Assembly: GCA_964019425.1 (NCBI GenBank)
Contig: OZ025792.1
Span: 806,001 to 870,000, forward strand
DNA length: 64,000 nt
Direction of reading: 5' to 3'
From: Flectonema sp. DT1601
Taxonomy: Eukaryota
This document shows, in pieces, positions 22,926 to 33,600 of the stretch. Each line of letters starts with the position of its first letter. Position 1 is the stretch's first letter. The notes beneath the pieces were generated by a model that worked only from the letters and a program-made list of their open reading frames with translations, was not told the DNA's origin and did no database searches. The translations under genes were made by a program, and so were the position numbers.

Positions 22926-23702
22926 TCAAATTGCCATCAATGACTTAACAGAAGTGAAAACAGTGATGCTAATAGACCCGCCAACACTCATTCGAAGCAG
23001 TTTTGGCATCAGACCTTTATAGAGAGAGAATACTCCTTCAGATTCGCATATTGAAAAGAGGAGCGATAGAAGAGAAGAATTACTTGGAGAGGATTGCAAT
23101 CTAGACTTCACAACATCAAAGGGAGTATTAAATAAACAACCAAACGCTCCAGCAATAAATCCAGATATAGCTGTCGGAAACATTGACAACTGTGAGATAG
23201 TTCCGAAATAGATTCCTGTCCAAATACCGTTCCGAAACATTGTTGCAGAGAGTCCTGAAAAAAGTGATAACCAACCTTCTTCAGATATAATAGATTTAAG
23301 ACAATGAGAAGGTGATGAGTACCTGTTAAGATTCTCTTTTGATTGCATTCTCACTTTAACAACTTGAAAAGGAGTCACAACCACCGCCTCAGGTAGGGCT
23401 GCGAGGACTCCTGTAACTCCACTTACTAAAACATCACCTGAAATTAATTTATCAATCTCTCCTCTCATGAAATCATAAACAATAAAACAAGTACTTCTAG
23501 CTGCGACAATGCTTCCAATTTCAACCCCACCGCCTCTATAAAACCTTGTTATCCCCCCTTCAGCAACTATCGATTGTACGCTGCTAAGTATTGAGCTATT
23601 CTTTCCTTTATTTAACTGAAATCTTGTTTTAATGAGGTCAAGTGGCTGAACTAACGAAGCCTCAGCTACACCAGCTGCGAACCCGGGTACTAAGGTATCC
23701 AT
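22926..23702 (-). CDS. Mitochondrial carrier (SLC25 family), most similar in motif content to the 2-oxodicarboxylate carrier (ODC/SLC25A21-like)
   Basis: Three carrier signatures PLDLIKTRFQ, PFQVVKVRMQ, PFDVVKSRLQ; RNGIWTGIYFG and LYKGLMPKLLR as in ODC-type carriers. Confidence 0.85.
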   Translation of the reverse strand: MDTLVPGFAAGVAEASLVQPLDLIKTRFQLNKGKNSSILSSVQSIVAEGGITRFYRGGGVEIGSIVAARSTCFIVYDFMRGEIDKLISGDVLVSGVTGVLAALPEAVVVTPFQVVKVRMQSKENLNRYSSPSHCLKSIISEEGWLSLFSGLSATMFRNGIWTGIYFGTISQLSMFPTAISGFIAGAFGCLFNTPFDVVKSRLQSSPSNSSLLSLLFSICESEGVFSLYKGLMPKLLRMSVGGSISITVFTSVKSLMAI

Positions 23703-24273
23703 CTCGTGGGTACGAGGCTGGGCGAATGTAAATTAATAAAATTTAAGAATTTTGTTTCTACTCAGATGATGAAGTGGAAGCACCAATTCATAGTCGGGAG
23801 GAGCATCAGATTCTTACTGAGTGGGGGAACAATATCTCATCGTAGAAATAAATGAAATAATAACACACAAACTACATAATCACTCTTTAGTTCAAGAGGT
23901 TTGTAACTAATGAAAAAAAAAAAAAAAAAAAACGAGAAATTCGTAAACATCCAAGAACATAATGACTCGTCGTGGTTATTGTTATGGCGTCCAATCACTT
24001 TGTGAACTTCAGTGTAAAAAAGTATAACACATAACTTGTGTTTTCAGCAACTAAATAGTCATTCGTCACACACCTTCCTATTCACCGCACAAAGAGACTT
24101 GTGACTAACGAGGTCACAGAGGAACAAAACAATAAAAAAGAAACACTTCTTCATTTTTAACAAACAAATACTAAACAGACATCGCAAAGAAACAGTAATT
24201 TGGGAACTTCGTATCTCATACCCTCCCAAGGTAGATGATTAAAAGAGAAAACAAAACACGAGTTGAATTTCGT

Positions 24274-24945
24274 TTAAATATCGGCTGACTTTGCTTTCAG
24301 GTCTTCGAGAGTACCCAAATTGCTGACCTGAGTAATTATTTCAAGAGCATCATAAAGAGAGAGAACAGGAACTACGTTTGCATTAAATTCCTTTAAACGC
24401 TTCCCAATTGTGTCAGCGTTTACAGGAGGACCAGATTTGAACTGTGATTGTCGAAGTAGGCGAGTTTCACACACTTTTGGAGGGCAAGTAAGTTGAATAC
24501 AGCGACTTGGTTTTATTTGTTTATTTAATCTGATCGCTGCTTTCATAGTTCGAGGAAACCCCTCGACGTACAGAACTTTGCATCCGATTCGTCCATCGAG
24601 AATCTGTTCTATCTTTTCGTCATCAGATGCTTTTGACTTTGAAAGATTTAGTATTTTAACATTATCATTCTTTGATAACTCCTCACAAAGACTGCTACTT
24701 CCAGCACCCGGTGATGAGAGAATGACGTGGATTTCAGCGAGTTCCTCCTTGTTTTGTATGTCTAATCCTCCGTCACTGTGAATCTGTTCAAGTCTTTCTA
24801 ATAAATAAGATAAAGGTTTCTCAGGTGACGTATGTATCAACTCTCTAGCTAATTGTTCAAACAGAATGTGAATACCGTGTTTTGATAAATATTCTTTTGC
24901 ATGTCCAACATCTATTCCGTTTAGAGCTGTTGTTCCGTTTTGCAT
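24274..24945 (-). CDS. Adenylate-kinase-like protein with N-terminal RIIa/Dpy-30 dimerisation-docking domain; degenerate P-loop
   Basis: EYLSKHGIHILFEQLARELIHTSPEKPLSYL (D/D domain); SSPGAGSSS P-loop; VEGFPRT; CETRLLR..DTIGKRLKEF. Confidence 0.8.
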   Translation of the reverse strand: MQNGTTALNGIDVGHAKEYLSKHGIHILFEQLARELIHTSPEKPLSYLLERLEQIHSDGGLDIQNKEELAEIHVILSSPGAGSSSLCEELSKNDNVKILNLSKSKASDDEKIEQILDGRIGCKVLYVEGFPRTMKAAIRLNKQIKPSRCIQLTCPPKVCETRLLRQSQFKSGPPVNADTIGKRLKEFNANVVPVLSLYDALEIITQVSNLGTLEDLKAKSADI

Positions 24946-25227
24946 ATTCTTTGTATTTACTTCAATTATAAGTTAGGTTTAATACTTCTTTTTTTAAATT
25001 GAGTATCATAATAATATGTACTCGTACAACACACACGAAATAAAAACATTGTGTGAACGGGCTGGTAGTAAATAACTATAGATTTCCAGAAAGGATTTAA
25101 CTACTCAACGGAAACTGTGAACTACAAACTAAATGTGAGTTCAAAGTCAAAACACTTACGACATATGACGTACTGAAATAGAGTTGGTCATGTAGACGAA
25201 ACACACGAATGGAACACAAGACGTTAT

Positions 25228-26705
25228 TTACGTCTGCTGCTGCTGTTGCAGGTCGTTTGCCTTCTGCTGAAGCTTCGCTTTCTGCTCAAACATTTCTGTT
25301 TTTTTTATATTGGATTTTGATTTCATTCTAGTCAGACGACTAAAGACACAAATATTAACAAACCTTTTATCAATTTCTTAAACTGAAGAACATTATAATT
25401 GATGAGTCCTATCTTCTTGAAGGAGTCTTCACGCAACAAGCAGACTAAAGCGAGGTACTTATTAACTTCGCGGAGGTAGAGAACTTGTTTCGAATCGAGG
25501 CGAATAACGGCGTATGAATCGCTATCAAAAGGGAAACTGTGCTCTTCATCAACAAGAGCACCAGAACCTGGGTATTCATCAGGTGGAGTACCCTCATCTG
25601 CTATCGCTGGTAAGTCTTCCTCAGATACTTCGTCTACTCCTCCAGCCTGAGAGCTGCAGCCGTAAATCGCTGAAATATCAATTGCGACGTCAATCATATC
25701 AAAACACACTTCGTACATCTGCGCGGTGACTTCGTGCTCATCTTGAGCAACGTATATCTTAGAAAGGACATCAAAAACATAAGCCTTCTCCATCCCGCAC
25801 CTCGTTACTAACATTCCCAACAAGCTAGTGATACACTCGTGAAGGAATCCAATAACTCGATGTACTACTTTACTAAAAGCATCAAAAACAGAATGATCAT
25901 AAATTGATGTCATGTGGTAGTGCACAGCTGTGCTGGTGAATTGCGAGACCTCCAAACCGTTAAAAGTTGGATCCTTTTTCATGCGGTCGGCGATCTCGAT
26001 CTTCAACTCCTCCTCAACAAACCGCTTGACGTCACTGTGCTTTTCTGTTGTAGTATTGTTATGAAATGTTTATTACCATCAGAGTTTGTGTATGTAGAGC
26101 TATATTAAAGTGTTTGTGGACATACCTCTACTTTGTTCTGACTTCAAACAATCAACTTTGTGAATAAATATTTCAAAGTTCTTTGGTTTGTTATCGCCAG
26201 GTGTCGTGACCACTCGAACGATTGTCTGAACCAGTCGCTTAACAGCTTCAGCAGGTGGCCATTTGTCCTGTTTGGGTGTTTAGTCTTTAATATAAATTAT
26301 CAAACCAATACTAACCTGTTAATACCGAAACCGATTCAGGTTTCAATTGTTTAAAACAAAACATACAGCGCAATCGATAACGTAAACGATAGCACCATGA
26401 CCTGAGAAGACTTTGTCCCAATCCATGTCGCTGTCTTCTTCATCAAAGAGGTCCATCAGCTGTCCCGGAAAGTCCCAAATCTGAAATTGCACAAAGCTGC
26501 TGTTCGAAATATCACACTTTTGCATCTTTTGGGAAGTCTCCAACAGAACTGTTTCGTGAGGAGAAACTTTCTGAAATACTACTTTTTGGATACTCGTCTT
26601 TCCACTCTTCTTTAGACCCATCAGTAGAATTCTGGGTTGGTTCTCTTTCAAAGCCATCACTCCTCTTTTAGCTTCTTCTTCCAGTTGTCCATAGCCCTCC
26701 GCCAT
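25228..26705 (-). CDS. RRAGC/D: Rag C/D (Gtr2) small GTPase; exons 26705-26367, 26267-26126, 26044-25364, 25295-25228
   Basis: [68 protein letters not shown] introns restore a continuous frame. Confidence 0.92.
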
Positions 26706-27193
26706 TTTGTGTTCGCTGGTGAGATTCAAATTATTGCTTCGCAATGTCTCAAATATTGTACAGACTCGTAGTTTTCGAACACTCAGAGAGAGACCCTTCC
26801 TTTACTGATGTGTATGCTGTCTGATTAATAAAATGAGATGTTGCAAACTAAGAATAATCTGCAGGAGAAGAAAAAAAAAACTTCGTCAGGTGGCAGTACA
26901 CCTGACCTCACACTAATCGGACAAGCGGAGCTTTTATTGTACTCCAAAAGTTTGTTACTATACCAACGTGACTTGTGATTACTAATAACAATACACTGCC
27001 ACTGTATTCCAAAAAGTGGCGGGTGGGCCTCTTTTCGCGAATTGCCTTCCGAACGTGTTCCTCAGGCATCAGTTCTTTCTTTTGAAGTTGTTCCGGTACA
27101 CATAACGTGACGTAAATAAAAAGGGGAACCGGGATACACTAATATTGTTTTCAAAACACTAACGTCTACAAGACCTGCAACTAGAGCCACTAC

Positions 27194-27946
27194 TTAACTG
27201 GCAGAAAGACGAGTGACACTAGCAGTAGTTGGGTGTACTTCCTTCTTAATCTGCTTAATGACGTGAGCAGGGTTGAGATACTTTGGGCACACAATCGTAC
27301 AGTTCATGACGTTGTGGCACATGTTCAACTTTGGGCTGTTCTCCAAAAGTTCTAATCTCTTATCGAGATCGGCATCAAGCGGCTCGCTGATCCAACGGTA
27401 CGACTGCAGAAGTACAGATGGCCCTGTTTAGTGTTTTAGATGTTCACGTCAGATCACATTATTTACCTCAATCATGAATCATTAAACTTTTACATCATTC
27501 GTATAAAAACAGAGTTTAACATACCCAAAAACACTTCTCTGTTCCACCAGTAAGATGGGCAACTAGAAGTACAACTCGCACAGAGAACGCACTGGTAAAG
27601 ACCTTCGAGTCTGTTTGTTGTTAAATTTCGTCCTGTTTCGCCTTACTACTATCAGAGAAATTACGAAGGTTTTTCGTCACTAATAATTAATAAAAGGGAA
27701 CAACAGTAAATCAGAATAGATAACAAACCTGTTTCTGTTTGAAATGTGAACCTTCGCCTTTAGGTACCATCTGCTAAGGGACCACTCACCAAATCCTCCC
27801 TTGAAGGCGCTCATGCAGACGACTGCTTTTTCGGCGTCTTTCGTAATGTATAATCTTTCTGGAGTTGTCTTCTTAGTGGCGTCTTTGACAATCTTTCGGT
27901 AGTTAAACAACGGAGACGAAAAGCGGTTCTTAATCATCTTGCTCAT
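27194..27946 (-). CDS. SDH2C: Succinate dehydrogenase iron-sulfur subunit, C-terminal half (split SDH2C); exons 27946-27729, 27610-27525, 27423-27194
   Basis: Spliced translation [59 protein letters not shown] carries the 4Fe-4S/3Fe-4S motifs; no 2Fe-2S domain. Mostly missed by the ORF track. Confidence 0.92.
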
Positions 27947-28286
27947 TTTATTTTAATAACCTGAATAATGGATTAGATGTAATTCTGTTGGTCTAAAACA
28001 AAACAAAAATTCTTTTTTTTAAAAAAAAAAAAAATAACCGATTCAAATCGTAAAAAAAAAAAAAAAAACACGATGCGGATTGAAACAACACGAAGTCACG
28101 TTGAAATGTTATTTTCCCATTAAAGAAAACTTTTGTTAATTAAAAAACCCCACCTCACACAGTCCTCACACATTTCAATAAATATATGTGTCAACGGTGG
28201 GATCCAACAGTGTTTTTAAACAGAGACATCTTAAAGACGTCTTAAATTATCTCACAAAGGTTAGTCCAGTAGCCACATTAACAAAG

Positions 28287-29036
28287 TTAAAAAGGGCTCT
28301 TCGTATCAGAAAGGTAGCTATACTTCCACCACAAGTAAGAAAGCCCATAAGTCTTGAGTCCAATATAAGGTTGGGCTTCAGCTATCGTACCGCTATGTGC
28401 GAAGGTAACGTTTCGGTTAGGAAAAGTAATTCGGTGGGAGCTCTCTTGAGGAGAATAAAAAGAATACATCGTCAGCAGCAGTCGAGAACGGACTCGAATC
28501 CCAAACGCGTTTACCGTCATCGAAGGATTTCGTTTTTCCAACGTTTCGTAAATATATAAAGATCTGGAAATATGATCCAAAGAAAGGACCCGCATCGTTC
28601 TCATGAACGACGACAACGGTTTCTGTTTTGGTCGAAGTGCGTTCTTGTCTATCAGCAACTTGCAGAAAACACGATCTTCGTTACGAAAATTATAATCTCC
28701 CTTTGCGATTTGAGTAATAAAGGTTTTTGACGGATCGGGATCGCGTATTTCCATACCAAGACAATAGACCCATCCTCCAAGAACTACTCCTGTGAAGATA
28801 CTCCCAGGAATGGTTCTGTTCAATCGCTTTCGTCCATTTAAAAATATTTTTGTTGACAACAATCCGACCGCGCACCCAGTCATTTCTTGTTTTCTTCCCA
28901 TCTCTTCATCCATAACCTCAACAAGTCTTCGTTGTGCAGGAAGCGGCAGGGTCTGTCCTTTCTGCCGCTTGAACTTCAAAAAACGTCCCAGCCACGTTAT
29001 GGAGTCCAGCTGTGTGCCCCCCTCCGATGGCTGCAT
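28287..29036 (-). CDS. Hypothetical 249-aa protein with a central hydrophobic segment
   Basis: Intact ORF on the cluster strand; no family recognised. Confidence 0.6.
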   Translation of the reverse strand: MQPSEGGTQLDSITWLGRFLKFKRQKGQTLPLPAQRRLVEVMDEEMGRKQEMTGCAVGLLSTKIFLNGRKRLNRTIPGSIFTGVVLGGWVYCLGMEIRDPDPSKTFITQIAKGDYNFRNEDRVFCKLLIDKNALRPKQKPLSSFMRTMRVLSLDHISRSLYIYETLEKRNPSMTVNAFGIRVRSRLLLTMYSFYSPQESSHRITFPNRNVTFAHSGTIAEAQPYIGLKTYGLSYLWWKYSYLSDTKSPF

Positions 29037-29783
29037 TTTAAACTACTAATCGATTGTAATATTTTGTGATTTGTTAAGAAGCTCAACTGGCAAAGATGAA
29101 ATAAATACCACAAAGCCCAGTAATATTGTTATTAGTTAGTTGTCTCTTTATTCCCAGTCAGTTCTGCTAAGAGTGCTGAGGCAGTCACCACCAAACGTCA
29201 GCAACTTCTCTCATAATTGATTAGAAATTCAGCTGCTGTTTTTGAAAAATAAAAAATATGTTTTAAGAATTAATCTTGACCTCAACAAATACAAAATAAG
29301 AGGGATACGTCGCTAATCAGTTTCTCAAACGGATTGACTTAAAATATGAAGACGAGACTTAACTCAACGGTTGTCCTTTAAAATCCACACAGTAATCGGT
29401 TAGTAACAGCAAAAGAAAAAGAAATGAAAAAGGGGCAAGAATTGAAGAGCATCTTCCTTTTTATTCACAAAGATTTCATCACACAGACACCTTTAACTTC
29501 ACTCAAAGGAAGACCGTTAAGTAGGAAAGGAGTAGAAAATCAGATCAGTCAAAATACCGCCAACCAGATTAGTGAGCTCCGATATCTCTTCTTTTTCACA
29601 TTCTGCTGACGAAAAGTCATTGAAACAAATTATTAATTTGCTTTTTTAGTTTTCTTTTTTTTTCTGGGGGGGGGTGTTGTATATTCTTTACTGGGGTTAC
29701 TTCATGCTGTTAATTCAAAACTAAAACATGGAGCGTTGGGTTAGTCTTAGGAGTAAGAAAGTGCAGAGGTGATTGGAATGTAT

Positions 29784-31253
29784 TTATAACCCCGCCTTGT
29801 GTCCAAGCTTCAATGACTTCATCGCAGTGTCGTGTTCCGAAGGAACAGCAACCTCAGGATGTGACAGGTAATGTCCATCTTCCAAGAGCGTACACCATTT
29901 CATATATGTTTCAGCAGAATCGAATGAGATGGTTAAAGACTTCTCTAAGAATGGACCTGACACATCCAACAAGTAAGGTGAATTATGATTTCCCTTTCGA
30001 CGAGTTAGAGTCGTGTCACGAAGTGGAACAACACGAATATTAGAAATCGATTCTGTGTTCGGTCGAATAGTAAACCAGCCCGGGTGCAGCGTAGCAAATA
30101 AACGAACCGAAATATTCGTCTTACTGAGCCAGCCATCTTCTGAAAATGTTTTAACATAACCAGCAAGTCTACAGTCACTTTCTTCTTCTGGAAGTTTATC
30201 AGCAGCAAGACAAGGCACTACAGGTCTCATGGTCATTTCCTTTGCTAAGAAAATGTGCTGCTCTAAATACTGAGATGTTTTGGAACCCGGCTTAGCTTGC
30301 TGCATAGCTAATGACAGCCTAGCTAACCACATGTTGTAATCATAAAGAGAATGACAAGTTATCTTGAGAGGCTTCTCTGTTGCCGAAGGCTTATCAGGAA
30401 CCAACTCGAAGTTGATATTTGCGGGTACCGGTATTCCGGTAGAGTTGGTGAACGTTCCCTTCAATAAGGAACACGAAGAGAGATCGTACGCCCTGTGAAA
30501 TTCAACATCCGAACTGCTTGACGCGAAGAAAACTTTATTATCAATTAACAACATCCATTGCTTTGAAACACTTGTTTGTAACCAACCGAACTCATTTAAC
30601 CAAACGTATCCACTGAAATAGGCTCTCGCTTTAGTCAGAGTCTTTAGTTCTTTGTGTCTCGTTATCGAGTGAGCCGTTGCTGTCAAATCTGCTTCCGGAA
30701 CACCAGCCCACTCTTCTCCATCCTCAAAGCAAACGCTGTAGAACAAGTCATCTGTTGCACCAACAACAACACCATCTTCCCACTCAGTAGTTTCTCCATT
30801 TGAACTAATAATCTTAACCTGAACTTGTTGACCAATTGAATACTCACCCTTTGTTGTACGAGGTGTTATCGGTGATCCTGGGAGTGAAGTTATACTTTTG
30901 TCGAGTGGGGTGGCTGTCGTAGAACGAAGTTTCCTCGGAGAGCCCGTAGGAATTAATGATTTAAGCTGCTTGATGACTTTAATCGGAGTTTCCTTTTTAG
31001 GAGTTGGGCTTTCTAAATCAAAAGAAGGAGACGCAACTTTTTCAGCAAATTGATGCCTTCTGTTGTTTGTTCTTCGGTTGTCAATTTGAATCTCAAAACT
31101 GGAAGTGCTCGATGAAGATGACGACGTGTCATCAAGTTTCTCTAATTGCGCTACTCGATACTCCAGTCTCTCTCTGGCACTTCTTTCCGTTGAAAGCTCT
31201 TCTCTCAGTACAGCAATCTCATCTCGTAAGGATTGCAATTGTTCTTTATCCAT
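29784..31253 (-). CDS. Protein with N-terminal coiled coil, Tudor/SH3-like module and two PH-like domains
   Basis: YSIGQQVQV..WEDGVVV..YSVCFEDGEE (Tudor-like); FSGYVW..KQWMLL..YNMWLARL and LAGYVK..YMKWCTLL (PH-like). Confidence 0.7.
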   Translation of the reverse strand: MDKEQLQSLRDEIAVLREELSTERSARERLEYRVAQLEKLDDTSSSSSSTSSFEIQIDNRRTNNRRHQFAEKVASPSFDLESPTPKKETPIKVIKQLKSLIPTGSPRKLRSTTATPLDKSITSLPGSPITPRTTKGEYSIGQQVQVKIISSNGETTEWEDGVVVGATDDLFYSVCFEDGEEWAGVPEADLTATAHSITRHKELKTLTKARAYFSGYVWLNEFGWLQTSVSKQWMLLIDNKVFFASSSSDVEFHRAYDLSSCSLLKGTFTNSTGIPVPANINFELVPDKPSATEKPLKITCHSLYDYNMWLARLSLAMQQAKPGSKTSQYLEQHIFLAKEMTMRPVVPCLAADKLPEEESDCRLAGYVKTFSEDGWLSKTNISVRLFATLHPGWFTIRPNTESISNIRVVPLRDTTLTRRKGNHNSPYLLDVSGPFLEKSLTISFDSAETYMKWCTLLEDGHYLSHPEVAVPSEHDTAMKSLKLGHKAGL

Positions 31254-31563
31254 ATCCTCCTGTTAGTGAGTTAGTTTTTAATTAAAGGGACGAGTTATTC
31301 TTTTTTAATTAAACAAAATTACTGCCAACAATTACTGGCGAACTCACAAATTCTATAAAGTAATTTCTAATTAGTTATTTTTACTGAATAGGTCACTGGT
31401 GGAAGGTACCCACCAAGTTGAGCCGGTGTGCAACATGCTTAGAGTGAAAGGTAGCGACAGTACATTCGCATTCTCTTGATATCCTTTCTTTTCTTTTCTT
31501 TGTTTTTTTTAAATTTTTATACATTTCTTTTTTTTCATTTCTATTTCAAGCAACACTGAACAC

Positions 31564-31842
31564 TTATTTTCCTGGGAACTGAGCGTTCTTCTGCTGTTCA
31601 AGAAGCTCCTGGAACTTCTGCTTGAAGTGTCCGGAGTGATCTCTCATCTTCTTGTTGAACTTGTCAGTGTGTTCCTTAATCATCTTCTCAAACTTGTCGT
31701 AGTGCTCCTTCATTTCCGGTGAGAGAGTGCTCTCGTCTGGCTTGTCAGCAAAGAACTTCTTGTTCTGCTCTTCCATCTTCTTGCTGAACTCAGCATCAAG
31801 TCTGTCCAACTTGTCAGAGAACTCCTGGTAGGTGGTGCACAT
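31564..31842 (-). CDS. KMP-11: Kinetoplastid membrane protein 11
   Basis: 92-aa MCTTYQEFSDKLDRLDAEFSKKMEEQNKKFFADKPDESTLSPEMKEHYDKFEKMIKEHTDKFNKKM.., nearly identical to trypanosomatid KMP-11. Confidence 0.97.
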   Translation of the reverse strand: MCTTYQEFSDKLDRLDAEFSKKMEEQNKKFFADKPDESTLSPEMKEHYDKFEKMIKEHTDKFNKKMRDHSGHFKQKFQELLEQQKNAQFPGK

Positions 31843-32805
31843 TGTGTTAAGTTAATAAAGTCTGAGGAGAAAACAAAAGTACTAAACATAAAAAGAATTT
31901 TAAAGTCACTTGCGAGCACCAGTTTGATTGTGTCGATTTTGTTTTAAGAATTCAGAGAGATCCTGAAACAAATAACAAAGCGACAGATACGGTGCTACTT
32001 AAATAGCGGAGAACGGGTTGCGGTCGATAGCTGTAAATAGATTACGAGAGGGACATGTAGCTTCTGAAGTGTACAGAGATCTCAACAAGGAAGGTCGCAA
32101 CTTTATCCACTAGAAGCCATGGCCAGATAAGTTGAACAAACCTTCTAGTGAAGAGAACAAAGAAGAAAGGAAAAGATAAATAAAAGACAACAGATTGTGG
32201 GCCACGACAGTGTAAGAATTTGACTTTCGCCAAAATAATGAAATCGTAGCACTTCACAGCAATAGATTGCTGCATCTGATATCTTCTTTATAAGCCGACA
32301 GAATTGTTACCCGTTTTGGTATCTGAAGAACAGAAAGTATTGAGGCACAGTTTTTTTTTCTTTTTTTTCAGGGAAGTCAAAACCCCATTAGGGAGCCTAC
32401 GGGGTACCAGTGATTCGGTACCACAACCGTGAGACTCTCACAGGTGAGAAGAGACGTAGTTATAACCATCTTATGTGTTGCAGATGGTCGCAGATCAAGA
32501 ACCTGAGAAGTCAGACTTGTTGAGATCCAATCCAGTGACTTGAAAAGACTTTTCAAATGCATCGGAAAATTGAAAAGGGGGGAGGAGGGTGATGAACAGA
32601 ACTCTTCAAAGCAACACGAAATAGGGAAACCTGACTTTGCTTTATCGCTTTTCAGAACTTACTGTTGGCAAGTCTCTCTACCGACTTCACAATAATACAT
32701 TCGATCTGTTGATTGCTGTCCATGGCGAGGATGAAAAAAAAAAAAAAAAAAAGAAGAATTTTTTGAGATGCCCACAAACAACTACCATTGTCACTACAAT
32801 AGAAC

Positions 32806-33093
32806 ATCACTACCCTAATGTTGAGCCTCAGGTGTTGATATTCAAGTAGATTCCAAGTGTAGCTGTTGGAAAGCAACTTAACCAAGACAAGAATACTAAC
32901 CTCTACGAAGGCGAATGTCACCACCTCAAGTTGAGCCTCAGGTGCTGACTTTCTTCCTTCATCGAGTTCGCAGTATTCGCGTTTGGAATATTTGGTACAT
33001 AATGATGATGATGATTGACAGCAAGATTGTGTCAACAACAACAACAACACACTCAGAAATATCACCACCTTTGAATTGAGCCGCAGGTGATGA
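32806..33093. repeat. Three dispersed ~33-nt hairpin repeats separated by unique spacers
   Basis: atcactaccctaatgttgagcctcaggtgttgat (32806-32839), gtcaccacctcaagttgagcctcaggtgctgac (32917-32949), tcaccacctttgaattgagccgcaggtgatga (33062-33093). Confidence 0.7.
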
Positions 33094-33600
33094 AAGTACT
33101 TCTCAGAGTGTCCGAAAGTAAATTGATTAATGAAACAAACAATGTATTAATTTATGTGACAAACAGCTTTTTTACAGATAAAAAAGCAAAATATTCTAAA
33201 GAGGGGATAAATGATATTGTTATAATAGTTGGGAAGGAGGAAGACTTGTTAATAAGAGAGCAACACAAGTATGCCACATAACAATTATTCGTTATGAGCG
33301 TACTAAGCTGCTGCGAGTGGACTACACGTACAGCGACAAGAAGATCAATTCTGCCGCCTCAGTGCGAAATATAAAAAAAAGGGGTCTTTGGTAAATTGAT
33401 TGTTAATGACCAAATAGAAAAGGTTGTTTTGATTCTCACTGAGCAACTGTTAGAGAAACTTTTACTAACTCTTTACAGCACAGTTAGTGGTAGTCAAAGT
33501 ATTAGTCTCAAGTAGATAAAGAGCTGCAGACACTAAAGAAGTTCTTTCGATCCAAAGAAGAACTAAGTCAGCTGCTGTTGGATAGAATTATCCTTTTTGT

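Noticed and set aside
26885..26906. Perfect 8-bp hairpin gtcaggtg/cacctgac
   Set aside because: Single short hairpin, expected by chance in 64 kb.
32652..33068. 138-aa minus-strand ORF with signal-peptide-like start
   Set aside because: Non-ATG start, built from microsatellites and hairpin repeats, ends in a homopolymer tract.
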